Shown: positions 19,293-28,362 of the stretch, piece after piece | How positions within the stretch are numbered: position 1 is the first letter of the stretch | Layout of the letters: every line of letters starts with the position of its first letter | Assembly: GCA_964550425.1 (NCBI GenBank) | Contig: CAZJZB010000003.1 | Span: 6 to 64,005 of the forward strand | From: an uncultured Candidatus Saccharibacteria bacterium | GTDB lineage: Bacteria > Patescibacteriota > Minisyncoccia > Phycocordibacterales > Phycocordibacteraceae | Direction: 5' to 3' | DNA length: 64,000 bases | The notes under the pieces: model-generated | The model's input: the letters and a program-made list of their open reading frames with translations, nothing else | What the model was told of the DNA's origin: nothing | The model's database searches: none | Translations under genes and position numbers: made by a program

Positions 19293-20261
19293 GTGATGAA
19301 AAAAATCGTCGTCATTTTGTTGGCGCTCGCATGTGCGACGCTTGTCGCGAGTCCGGTCCACTCTGCTAATGGAGATTCATGGGATAGGTGGGGAATACAA
19401 CCCTACGCTTCCAGCATTATGGAGGCGTGCAGGCAGGCGCCTGTGGCTATCAGCGGCTTTACGATGCCGTCGGAAGTGAAGGAGTATTTCTTGGAAACCG
19501 TCCGGACCGGATGTCCGGGCGGCAAAGAGGCATGGCTCACACCGAACATGGTGCTTGAGCAGATGTGGTCGGGCGGAGAAAAGCCGCGTCTGATGAACAA
19601 GAGGCGGGTTGCTGAACTTCCCGTTTCCAGTTCGCCCGACGGCCGTCCGTACCGCAAGGGTTCAGTCGCCGAAACGGCGAAAGCGTTCTCTTGGGGCGCG
19701 ATACACGAAGGGAAGATGTATATCGTTTATCTCCCTCTCGTGTGTTTCAACTGGAGCTGGGCGTTCGGCCCCGATGCTCCCCCATCTCCTCCGCTTCCTC
19801 GAGTATTGGCATCAGTGGCGGAGAAATGCGCGACGGTTGAGTACACCGTCAAGCCGGGTGACGAGGTCCGCTACTTTGTCCTGGCGCGGAAACGCCTTCA
19901 GGCCTCGGCCTGCTGGCAGCTCTGCGACGGCACGAACTGCTCGGCACCACCATCGTCATGCGACTGGTGCGATCGTTTCGATCCGGAATCGATTATTCCG
20001 GCCGGATTCGAAACACAACACACGGGTAAATACACTGCGCGGTCGGCGAAGCAGTCGCTTCGCTTTCCGCTCGAGATCGCGAGTTCGTATCTGGCGCTCT
20101 GCGTTACTCGCGCCGAGCTTGGCCAGTCCGACTCCTGGGTTGTCCAGCCCTCTGCGTGGAAAGGGGGGGCGATTGTGCAAATTCCTTACGGCGGTCAAAA
20201 GTGGCCGGCGTGGGGTCATGTGGATTATTCTAAGTGGGAGAAAGCTCCTCGCAAAGAGTGA
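19293..20261 (+). CDS. secreted Cys/Trp-rich hypothetical protein
   Basis: Signal peptide (MMKKIVVILLALACATLVASPVHS); many Cys; SD aaagggga upstream. Confidence 0.5.
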   Translation: MMKKIVVILLALACATLVASPVHSANGDSWDRWGIQPYASSIMEACRQAPVAISGFTMPSEVKEYFLETVRTGCPGGKEAWLTPNMVLEQMWSGGEKPRLMNKRRVAELPVSSSPDGRPYRKGSVAETAKAFSWGAIHEGKMYIVYLPLVCFNWSWAFGPDAPPSPPLPRVLASVAEKCATVEYTVKPGDEVRYFVLARKRLQASACWQLCDGTNCSAPPSSCDWCDRFDPESIIPAGFETQHTGKYTARSAKQSLRFPLEIASSYLALCVTRAELGQSDSWVVQPSAWKGGAIVQIPYGGQKWPAWGHVDYSKWEKAPRKE

Positions 20262-20321
20262 TCCGGGGTCTTGCGCGGCGGTTTTCTAAAACCGTCGCGC
20301 GAAAGACCCCTTTCTGTAAAA

Positions 20322-21845
20322 ATGAACAAAAACAATATTCATTCTCATAAAAAACTTAATCCGCTTTTTGTCGGATCTTTTACCTTTTTCCTCACCGTTC
20401 TTTTTGGTGTAGGGATCGCGTTCATAAGTGGAATCGCAACGCCGCCGCTCGCGTTCGCACAACTTGCGCCCCCATGTTGCGCGTTGCCCCCACCTCCACC
20501 GCCACCACCCCCTCCGCCACCACCGCCACCACCCCCTCCGCCACCAACAATCATTATTCCTCCGCCAGTGTCGGCGACGATCGCGGACCCACTTTCAACA
20601 CCCCCCTCACCGCCCCCGCCAGCGCCGCCATTGGCGTGCACTCTCACTTCCGCTCCGGCTACTGTTGCATCTGGCTCCACGTCTACACTCTCTTGGACGA
20701 CGACGAACGCCATCACTTTCAGTATTGATACCGGCATTGGAAGCGTAGCCCCGGTTCTTGCGGGGTCAATCTCTACAGCGGCGCTACTCGCGGATACAAC
20801 GTTTACCGGCACGGCGGTTGATTCGACCGGAAGTACAGTAACGTGTACGGCGGTTGTCACAATCACGGTTCCGCCTCCACCTCCTCCTGGCGGCGGTGGA
20901 GGCGGCGGTGGAGGTGGTGGCGGCGGAGGCGGAGGCGGAGGCGGAGGTACGCCCTTGCCAATTATCACACTCTTAACGCTTCCTCATGTGGGTGTACAGC
21001 CGTTTGCAGCGTTTCTTTATCTCTCGCAGATTCCATACACCGGTCTTGATCTGGGACCCGTTGGCACCACGTTTTATTGGCTCGCGCTTATTGTCTTCGC
21101 GCTCGTGCTAGCGTATCTCATACTCTTCAGTGTTGTGCCATTTGCGAACCGCTCTCTTCGCGGTTTCGGTTCTCGTGTTTCAGTGGCGCTCAATGCACAA
21201 GAGCCAGTTCCTGTTAGCGAGCAGATCGCACATGCCTCGACACCACCTATGACGCGCGAGTCGCATGAAGCAGTATCCGAGATAACACCAGAAACGCCTC
21301 GCGAGTATTCGTCCTATGACGGTTTCAAGTCCTTCGCACACGACGGCGCGCTCTCGATTGAGGATATCGTGAAGAGTTTGTCGCGAAAGCATCCCGGAAC
21401 GACTACTGAACAGAGCGTGCCGCCAAAGCCAAATGTAGAACCGGTGTATAACAATGTTGAACCAATCTATGAGAATGTCGAGCCGATACTGGCCGCCGCC
21501 GCTGAGACACGTACCATACCGGCCCATATTCGTAGCTTCGTTGCCGCGCTTGTCGAGAGCAATCGTGATACGGTTTTTTCCGATTTCCGAGAGTATGTGC
21601 GAGAAGGTGGAGAGCCGGAGCAACTTCTCACAACCATCGTTTGCCTTCTTGATGACGCTTATCGCGCGCGCATTGACGGCACCGTCTCTGATGCCGATAT
21701 TGCGCGTATGACCGCGCGCCTTCCCACGCCTGTTTTGGAGAAGCTTATCGCTTCGCTCGCGACCGCAGTTGATTCAAGCTATTCGGCGGGAGTAACCGGC
21801 GCGAAGCTCGCGCTCATCCGCGCACTCACGGTTCTTGGTGCATGA
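20322..21845 (+). CDS. membrane protein with poly-Pro (~23 P) and poly-Gly (~20 G) tracts around an Ig-like segment, an internal TM and a cytoplasmic C-terminal domain
   Basis: Codon-level 33-nt repeats encode P23; GGN repeats encode G20. IPYTG plus TM plus RSLRG resembles an internal sorting signal. Confidence 0.5.
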   Translation: MNKNNIHSHKKLNPLFVGSFTFFLTVLFGVGIAFISGIATPPLAFAQLAPPCCALPPPPPPPPPPPPPPPPPPPPTIIIPPPVSATIADPLSTPPSPPPPAPPLACTLTSAPATVASGSTSTLSWTTTNAITFSIDTGIGSVAPVLAGSISTAALLADTTFTGTAVDSTGSTVTCTAVVTITVPPPPPPGGGGGGGGGGGGGGGGGGGGTPLPIITLLTLPHVGVQPFAAFLYLSQIPYTGLDLGPVGTTFYWLALIVFALVLAYLILFSVVPFANRSLRGFGSRVSVALNAQEPVPVSEQIAHASTPPMTRESHEAVSEITPETPREYSSYDGFKSFAHDGALSIEDIVKSLSRKHPGTTTEQSVPPKPNVEPVYNNVEPIYENVEPILAAAAETRTIPAHIRSFVAALVESNRDTVFSDFREYVREGGEPEQLLTTIVCLLDDAYRARIDGTVSDADIARMTARLPTPVLEKLIASLATAVDSSYSAGVTGAKLALIRALTVLGA

Positions 21846-23093
21846 TTATTTTCGCGTTCTAATCTCTTCAGTTGTGCGAGCGACGAAGTTCGCGAGCGGC
21901 ATCGCGTCTAGTTTCCCATAATCGCGACTGTCTGCGGAAACAGTTTTCTCTTCTATTTCTTTGTCGCCGACGACGAGCAGATAGGGAATTTTTTCCGTCT
22001 TTGCATGGCGGATTTTTTTGCCGAGCGATTCATTTGCATCGTCTATTTCTGCTCGAATGTTTGCCGCTTTGAGAACAGTTACAACTTCTCTTGCATACGC
22101 AACATGCTTTTCGGACACCGGTAGCACGGATACTTGTACCGGAGACATCCAGAGAGGGAATGCACCGGCATATTTCTCAATAAGAAACGCCATGATGCGC
22201 TCAATGGCGCCGATAGAGGAGCGATGCACGACGAACGCACGATGTTTCCCGCCGTCCTCTCCGATATACGAGAGATCAAACCGTTCCGGCATGCAGAAAT
22301 CGTACTGCACGGTAAATGCCGTATTCTCTTTGCCGTTCACATTCTTCATCTGAATGTCTATTTTCGGACCATAGAAAGCGGCTTCGTCTTTTGCTTCCTC
22401 AAACTTCGAGCCGCGCTGCTGCATGAGTTTTCGGAGAAGTTCCTCTCCCTTTTCCCACGCCTCATCGTTTTTATAATATTTTTCCGAGTTTGCGCGGTCT
22501 CCAAGCGAGAGGCGGTAGCGATAATCGATGTCAAGCTTAAGACCGAAAACGGAGGTAACATATTCGATAAGATCCAGCGCCTTTCCGATCTCCTCGACTG
22601 CTTGTTCCTCGGAGGCGCAGATGATGTGCGCATCGGCGAGACAGAATGTGCGCACGCGCTCTAAGCCCGCAAGCTCCCCTGATTGTTCATAGCGATAGAG
22701 GTTCGCAAGTTCAGCGTAGCGGATGGGAAGTTCGCGATAACTGACCGGTTTTCGCAAATACAGTTCAAAATGATGCGGACAGGTCATCGGCCGCAACAGG
22801 AATTTCTCATCATCAATCTCTATCGGCGCGTACTGACTGTCTTTGTAATATGGGTAATGGCCGGATTTTATATACAGGTCGAGTTTCGCTATCGCGGGCG
22901 TATAGACGTGCTGATAGCCGCGCCGCAGTTCCTCATCGACGATAAAACGTTCGAGCTCGCGTCGTATCACCGAACCTTTTGGCGTGAAGAGCGGGAGACC
23001 TTTACCGACGGCGTCTGAAAAAGCGAATAAATCAAGCTCCTTGCCAAGCTTCTTGTGATCGTGTTCTTTGTTGGACTCGGTATGCACATCCAT
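21846..23093 (-). CDS. thrS: threonine--tRNA ligase, catalytic plus anticodon-binding domains only (no N-terminal TGS/editing domains)
   Basis: DHKKLGKELDLF and class II motifs, C-terminal anticodon-binding domain. Start set at MDVHTES, 8 nt after a TGGTATCCT extended -10; ~415 aa versus ~640 aa in E. coli. Confidence 0.8.
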   Translation of the reverse strand: MDVHTESNKEHDHKKLGKELDLFAFSDAVGKGLPLFTPKGSVIRRELERFIVDEELRRGYQHVYTPAIAKLDLYIKSGHYPYYKDSQYAPIEIDDEKFLLRPMTCPHHFELYLRKPVSYRELPIRYAELANLYRYEQSGELAGLERVRTFCLADAHIICASEEQAVEEIGKALDLIEYVTSVFGLKLDIDYRYRLSLGDRANSEKYYKNDEAWEKGEELLRKLMQQRGSKFEEAKDEAAFYGPKIDIQMKNVNGKENTAFTVQYDFCMPERFDLSYIGEDGGKHRAFVVHRSSIGAIERIMAFLIEKYAGAFPLWMSPVQVSVLPVSEKHVAYAREVVTVLKAANIRAEIDDANESLGKKIRHAKTEKIPYLLVVGDKEIEEKTVSADSRDYGKLDAMPLANFVARTTEEIRTRK

Positions 23094-23427
23094 TACTGGA
23101 GAGGATACCACAAGAAAATCCTGTTCACAGACGAATTTCGTCCACGGTGTTTTTATTATATACTCAAAATGCAGAGCGGATGAATTATCATGCGCTCTCA
23201 TAACAAAGGAGGTTGTTATGAGGAATGTGTCTTCGTCGAGACGGTTTCTGCGTTCTCGCTGTTGGGGCATTGGGCCCTCTCTCATTTTTCTGGTGGAGCG
23301 TGAACTTCTGGTGGAGTGTGAAGGCACAAAGCCGGACGCGCCACCGGAATCCGGTCTTGTGGTGAAACAATATCGGCCTTGTCAAGAATGGTCTTTGGGG
23401 TGAAGCAGTCGAAATGACTGCTTGCGT

Positions 23428-23465
23428 AAGGGGGGAGCTGTCGTTTCGCTCCCCCCTTTTTTATT
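23428..23465 (+). terminator. rho-independent terminator (plus-strand orientation), preceded by a second hairpin at 23405-23431
   Basis: ggggggagc-tgtcgtttc-gctcccccc followed by tttttattt. Confidence 0.6.
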
Positions 23466-23471
23466 TAGTTT

Positions 23472-26400
23472 TTAGAGAGGTTTTAGGTCCTCAATGGCGA
23501 GCGAGGTCTCGCCGTTCCTAACCGACATTTTGCCTTTCAAAAGGAGACATGCTCCCGGCGTAACTACATGGGCGTGTTCTTTGAGGAGTTTTGGGAACAC
23601 AACCGCTTCAATTGAATCACTGAGGTCTTCCACAGTAATGAACGCCATTTTTTCGCCGCTCTTGGTGAGAATGTTTCGCACCAAAATGACGAGAACCGGC
23701 AGGATGACAAGCATCCCCTGTTGCGGTTCTTTCTTTATCTTGGCGATAGAGAACTTCGCTTTCTTTGTGAGTGCTTCATACGCATCGAGCGGATGGCCGC
23801 TTACATAAATCCCAAGCAACTCCTTTTCCCACGCAAGCTTGTCAAGGAGCGAGACAGGCGAACTTTCCGGGAGTGAGAGCGGCGGTGGCGCAATGAGCGT
23901 ACCAAAAAGGGAGTCCTGCGGCGCCAGAGCGGTCGCCTCCCGATGGAAGGCAAGCAAGGTCTCAATGTTTTCAAGGAGCCCGCCGCGCCCACCCTTGGAC
24001 GGGCTCAAAGAATCAAGCGCGCCGCACTTGATGAGCGACTCAAGTGATTTACGGTTAAGGTTTCTCTCTCCAACACGGGAGAGGAAATCAGAAAGAGTTT
24101 TGAAGGGACCGTGCTTCTTTCTCTCTGAAATAATTGCTTCTGAAATCCCCTCGCCGAAGTTCTTGATGGATGAGAGGCCGAAGCGAATCGCATCTTTCTT
24201 CTCGCCCTCGCCCTTCGTAGCTTCAGCGAAGTAGGGGACGACCGTAAAGACACTGCCACTTTCATTCACATCTGGTGGCAAAACAGGGGTACCCATACGT
24301 TTCGCTTCAGCGACAAATATGGATATCTGCTCGGTGTCGCCCGAGTCCGCAGTCAAGAGTGCGGCGAAATATTCGACCGGATAATTCGCTTTCATATAGG
24401 AGGTCTGATAGGCGACTTTCCCATAGCTTGCCGCGTGTGCTTTGTTGAAGCCGTAAGCGGCGAAGGGCTCGATAAGTCCCCATAATATTTCAGCTTTCTC
24501 CGATGACAATTTCCCGAATTCTACGAAACCCTTCAAGAGTTTCTCTTTCTCTGCTTGCATGACAGCAGGAATCTTTTTACCCATCGCTTTGCGAAGTGAG
24601 TCCGCTTCGAGCCACGAATAGCCCGCGAGCTTAATTGCAGTAAGGAGCACATCGTCTTGATAGACGAGGAGGCCGTACGAGAAATCGAGATAATCCTTCA
24701 TGCGCGGATCCACGAAACGGATGAGTTTCGAATTATGCTTACGTTCAATGTATTGCGGGATCGTTTCCATCGGTCCCGGGCGATAGAGGGCGACCATCGC
24801 GTTGATATCGTGAATGGTTGTCGGCCGGAGTTCTTTGAGCCAACGGGTCATGCCGGAGCCGTTCAGCTGGAACGTGCCTTCCGTCTCGCCGCGCGCGAGC
24901 ATCTGGAATGTCTTCAGATCATCGATGGGGATGTTCTCGATATCGACCTCGATGCCTCGCGTCTCGCGTACTCGCGCGACGGCGTCGGCAAGAATGGCGA
25001 GATTCTTGATACCAAGAAAGTCGAACTTCAAGAGCCCGACACCGCCGTATTCGTCGGTGATGGAGTACATATCATATTGCGTGATGAGTTTCCCGGTGCC
25101 TTTTGGATCCGGCTGAATGGGTGTCCATTCTATGAGCGGAGTTGGCGCGACAACGACACCTGCCGCATGGACGCCCACATGCCGCACACAACCTTCAATT
25201 CGTTTCCCGAGGTCAAGTATCTCGCGGGCATCATCGTCCTCCTTATAGAGTGTTTTCAGATCCGGCTCCAGCTCAAGCGCGCGATCAATAGTCATCGGGA
25301 AACCCTGGGATCCTATCGGAATAAGTTTCGCGATGCGGTCGCCGGTCGTGTAGGAATGACCAAGCGCGCGCGCGACGTCGCGCACCGCCGCCCTCGCCAT
25401 CATGGTGCCGAAGGTGCCTATCTGCGCGACATGATCCTCGCCATATTTCCGCTTCGTGTACGCGATCATATCGTCGCGGCGATCATCGGCGATATCCATA
25501 TCTATGTCCGGCGCTTTCGGACGTTCCGGATTGAGGAACCGCTCGAACGGAAGTTTATAGAAAAGAGGATCCACGTTCGTGATGCCGGTGAGATACGCAA
25601 CCAAACTGCCGGCGGCCGATCCGCGCGTGGTGGTGAGGATGCCCTGGCTGCGGGCGAACCCGAGCAGGTCGGCAACGATGAGGTAGTACACCGCAAAACC
25701 CTTATCAATAATGATCTTCAGTTCGTACTCGATACGATCAGTAACTTCTTTTGTCTCTTCGAGTTTGCGTGTGGCGATGCCGGCGTACGCTTTTGCCCGT
25801 AATTCCTCATCGTGATTTTTAAAACCGGGTGATACCGGCACCACGGGGAATGTCCATTTCCCAAGTTCAAAAGACAAATTGCATCGATCGGCGATTTTTC
25901 GCGTATTCTCGATTGCTTCGGGAGTGTCCTTAAAAAATTTCTCAGCAGTTTTTTCACTGATGAAGGAGAAATCCTCGTCTTCATTTCTTCCGCGCTCGCC
26001 CTGCTGGATGCGCCGCATGGTTTCGGTTGCTCCTCGATCGTCAGGGTTCAGGTAGTAGACGTCGTGTTGAGCGACAAGAGGAGCGTCATTTTGACGGGCG
26101 ATTGCGATTATTTTCCGCATTAATTCCTCGTGCCCCTTCACGCGCGGATGATGCGTGATTTCTAAGAACACATTTTCAGCGCCAAAAATATTCCTGAACT
26201 CCGCGAGTGCGGCTGTGGCGCCATCCTTGTCGCTGGCGCGCAACAGCTGCGCTACGTCGCTCGCAAAAGAGGGAAGCAGCGCAACAATTCCCTTATGGTG
26301 TTCGCGCAATAATTCCTTGTCCATACGCGGCCGCTCATAGAATCCTTCCGTCCACGACTTCGTTACGAGCGCGAGAAGATTTTTATAACCCTCATTATTT

Positions 26401-26684
26401 TCTGCGAGGAGTACGATACGCGAGCGTTTTGTGTCGATATTCTGGTCTCGGTCGTGGCGTGACCGTGGTGCGAGATACGCATCAACGCCAAGAATCGGCT
26501 TTATGCCCGCCTTCATCGCGGCTTTGTAGAACTCAATGGCGCCGTGCATATTGCCCCCATCAGTGAGCGCGAGCGCGTCCATCCCTTCTTTCTTCGCTTT
26601 CTCGACCAGCTCGTTCACCTTTGGCAGCGCCTGGAGGAACGTGTAATGCGAATGGGTATGTAAATGGATGAAACGGCTCGTCAT
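23472..26684 (-). CDS. dnaE: DNA polymerase III alpha subunit
   Basis: N-terminal PHP domain (HLHTHSHYTFLQAL), palm/fingers motifs; 1070 aa. Confidence 0.9.
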   Translation of the reverse strand: MTSRFIHLHTHSHYTFLQALPKVNELVEKAKKEGMDALALTDGGNMHGAIEFYKAAMKAGIKPILGVDAYLAPRSRHDRDQNIDTKRSRIVLLAENNEGYKNLLALVTKSWTEGFYERPRMDKELLREHHKGIVALLPSFASDVAQLLRASDKDGATAALAEFRNIFGAENVFLEITHHPRVKGHEELMRKIIAIARQNDAPLVAQHDVYYLNPDDRGATETMRRIQQGERGRNEDEDFSFISEKTAEKFFKDTPEAIENTRKIADRCNLSFELGKWTFPVVPVSPGFKNHDEELRAKAYAGIATRKLEETKEVTDRIEYELKIIIDKGFAVYYLIVADLLGFARSQGILTTTRGSAAGSLVAYLTGITNVDPLFYKLPFERFLNPERPKAPDIDMDIADDRRDDMIAYTKRKYGEDHVAQIGTFGTMMARAAVRDVARALGHSYTTGDRIAKLIPIGSQGFPMTIDRALELEPDLKTLYKEDDDAREILDLGKRIEGCVRHVGVHAAGVVVAPTPLIEWTPIQPDPKGTGKLITQYDMYSITDEYGGVGLLKFDFLGIKNLAILADAVARVRETRGIEVDIENIPIDDLKTFQMLARGETEGTFQLNGSGMTRWLKELRPTTIHDINAMVALYRPGPMETIPQYIERKHNSKLIRFVDPRMKDYLDFSYGLLVYQDDVLLTAIKLAGYSWLEADSLRKAMGKKIPAVMQAEKEKLLKGFVEFGKLSSEKAEILWGLIEPFAAYGFNKAHAASYGKVAYQTSYMKANYPVEYFAALLTADSGDTEQISIFVAEAKRMGTPVLPPDVNESGSVFTVVPYFAEATKGEGEKKDAIRFGLSSIKNFGEGISEAIISERKKHGPFKTLSDFLSRVGERNLNRKSLESLIKCGALDSLSPSKGGRGGLLENIETLLAFHREATALAPQDSLFGTLIAPPPLSLPESSPVSLLDKLAWEKELLGIYVSGHPLDAYEALTKKAKFSIAKIKKEPQQGMLVILPVLVILVRNILTKSGEKMAFITVEDLSDSIEAVVFPKLLKEHAHVVTPGACLLLKGKMSVRNGETSLAIEDLKPL

Positions 26685-26767
26685 TCTTCAAGGATACCAA
26701 ACTCAGAACCATTGCGTTTATCTCTTGCATCGTTTTGCAATTTTTTTTGGGGGATAGCATATCAACA

Positions 26768-26805
26768 TTCCCCAACAGATTTCATGGAAAATTATAAACC
26801 ATCGC
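26768..26805 (+). repeat. direct repeat copy 1 (covers the SDR start codon and first 7 codons)
   Basis: tccccaacagatttcatggaaaattataaaccatcg versus copy 2 at 27678-27715 (about 85% identity). Confidence 0.7.
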
Positions 26806-27590
26806 CAGAGAAAGGCAGATTCGTGATTACTGGTGGCACTGAGGGAATTGGTAAAGAAATCGCAGAGGAGTTTTTATTGCGCAATAATTCAGTTGCTATC
26901 TGTGCAAGGACAAAAGAGAACCTCGAAAGAATGAAAGATGCTCATCCGGAGTTAATCGCGCAACGGATTGATCTTAGTGATAGACATGCGACGAAAAATT
27001 TCGTGCAGCAAGTTATATATGATCTCGGCGGGCTCGATGCCCTTATTTTGAATGCGGCGATTTTTGATTTCGATTTCAAAAAAAGAAATGATGTAAGTAA
27101 AGACGATGTGCGAAAAGAAATGTTTCAAGTCAATGAAGTCGCTCAGGTCGCTCTTATTCGCGCGTCGAAAGAAGCGCTTAGAAAGTCGGAGGGCGTAATC
27201 GTGTTTATAACAACACGATTTTTATTCAAGGGTATTGAAACCGCCCCAATTGTCGATGGTCAATCGGTAGCAGCACAAGAAGATATTGGACAGTATCTTA
27301 AAAACAAAAAGCGGATGCATGTGTATTTGGATGACTTTATAAAGGACGAACAAAATGGCGGGATCTTTGTTTTCTCGGTTATACCGGGAACTGTCAACAC
27401 AGCGGCAAACAAAAGAATTATTGAAATGGGAACTTCTGAAATGAGAGACGCGAAACTTAAAGAGAGGATAGAAGGTAAAGAACGAGATTCGCTGTTTGCG
27501 GGAAGGATTATTGCGAAAATGACAGCCACGCGAAAGAGATTTAATCCAGAAACTCAGCAGTATGACAGGGCTATAAAAATGGAGAGATAG
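26784..27590 (+). CDS. short-chain dehydrogenase/reductase (SDR) family oxidoreductase
   Basis: TGGTEGIGKEIA Rossmann motif and SDR-like catalytic region; AT-rich versus the flanks. Confidence 0.75.
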   Translation: MENYKPSPEKGRFVITGGTEGIGKEIAEEFLLRNNSVAICARTKENLERMKDAHPELIAQRIDLSDRHATKNFVQQVIYDLGGLDALILNAAIFDFDFKKRNDVSKDDVRKEMFQVNEVAQVALIRASKEALRKSEGVIVFITTRFLFKGIETAPIVDGQSVAAQEDIGQYLKNKKRMHVYLDDFIKDEQNGGIFVFSVIPGTVNTAANKRIIEMGTSEMRDAKLKERIEGKERDSLFAGRIIAKMTATRKRFNPETQQYDRAIKMER

Positions 27591-27677
27591 TGGAGATCTC
27601 AAACGCAGCAATCGAGTTTGAAAAGGAAAATGGTAGAATAATCGGCGAATGAATGAGTACATAGGGCAGCACCACAT

Positions 27678-27800
27678 ACTGTCCCAATAGATTTCATGGA
27701 AAGTTACAAACTATCGTCTCTAAGTATTGAGATTGATTTTAATATCAGCACCTCGTACATAAAAATGTTACCGATGACAATGATGCGGCCGAAAAGCTGA
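27678..27800 (+). pseudogene. direct repeat copy 2 plus a truncated gene-start remnant (MESYKLSSLS… 34 codons then stop)
   Basis: Repeats the SDR 5' end (atggaaagttacaaactatcg) and then diverges into a short ORF ending in TGA. Confidence 0.5.
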
Positions 27801-27807
27801 ATATGAC

Positions 27808-28272
27808 ATGCTACGATATTTTTTGATTTTATTAGTCATAGCGACAAGTACAATTATTCTATCCGCCTATAGGACAGAATTGTTACCGATAGAATCAGCG
27901 ACTATCGGAGAATTTGGCGGAGTGTCCTTGAGAATTGAGTATGCGACAACAGGTGAAGCGCGGGAAAAAGGTCTTGGCGGTCGAGAAAGCATCGCGGCAG
28001 ATTACGGCATGCTCTTTGTATTTCCAAACGACGGCTATTATGGGTTCTGGATGAAAGATACGCTCGTGCCGCTCGATATCTTCTGGCTAAATGCTCAAGG
28101 ACAGATCGTTTCAATGACTCCGGATGTTGCTACTTCAAGCTATCCGCATGTCTTTTATCCGAGCGTTCCGGCGCGGTATGTCCTTGAGACCGCTGCGGGT
28201 TTCGCACGCTTGCACAACATCATTATCGGCGCGCCGCTCATATTGAAAAATCTACCAAATGTTTCAAAATAA
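27808..28272 (+). CDS. DUF192 (COG1430) family protein
   Basis: N-terminal TM/signal; GMLFVFP…FWMKDTLVPLDIFWL pattern characteristic of DUF192; AT-rich. Confidence 0.7.
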   Translation: MLRYFLILLVIATSTIILSAYRTELLPIESATIGEFGGVSLRIEYATTGEAREKGLGGRESIAADYGMLFVFPNDGYYGFWMKDTLVPLDIFWLNAQGQIVSMTPDVATSSYPHVFYPSVPARYVLETAAGFARLHNIIIGAPLILKNLPNVSK

Positions 28273-28362
28273 ACGCTGTCCACAGGGCATTTTTTTGCAT
28301 ACAGGAGTAAACTTGACCCTAACGAAGCGATTTATTATTTCAATTTATTAACCGTCTTGCTC

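Noticed and set aside
23094-23471. T-box or other leader structure for thrS
   Set aside because: No specifier-loop/T-box consensus (AATTAGGGTGGNACCGCG). The space is better explained by a short leaderless promoter plus a plus-strand small ORF with its own terminator.
24657-25802. 381-aa plus-strand ORF inside dnaE and other long antisense ORFs (20345-20968, 61584-62351, 62084-62773, 45612-46589 N-terminal extension)
   Set aside because: All lie antisense to strongly supported housekeeping genes and have the skewed Arg/Gly/Ala composition typical of GC-rich non-coding frames. The 20345-20968 ORF simply mirrors the poly-Pro/poly-Gly tracts.
28300-28362. Cobalamin riboswitch upstream of the B12-dependent nrdJ
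   Set aside because: No B12-box (gccactg) or conserved riboswitch core is visible in the short AT-rich leader. The leader is too short (~60 nt).
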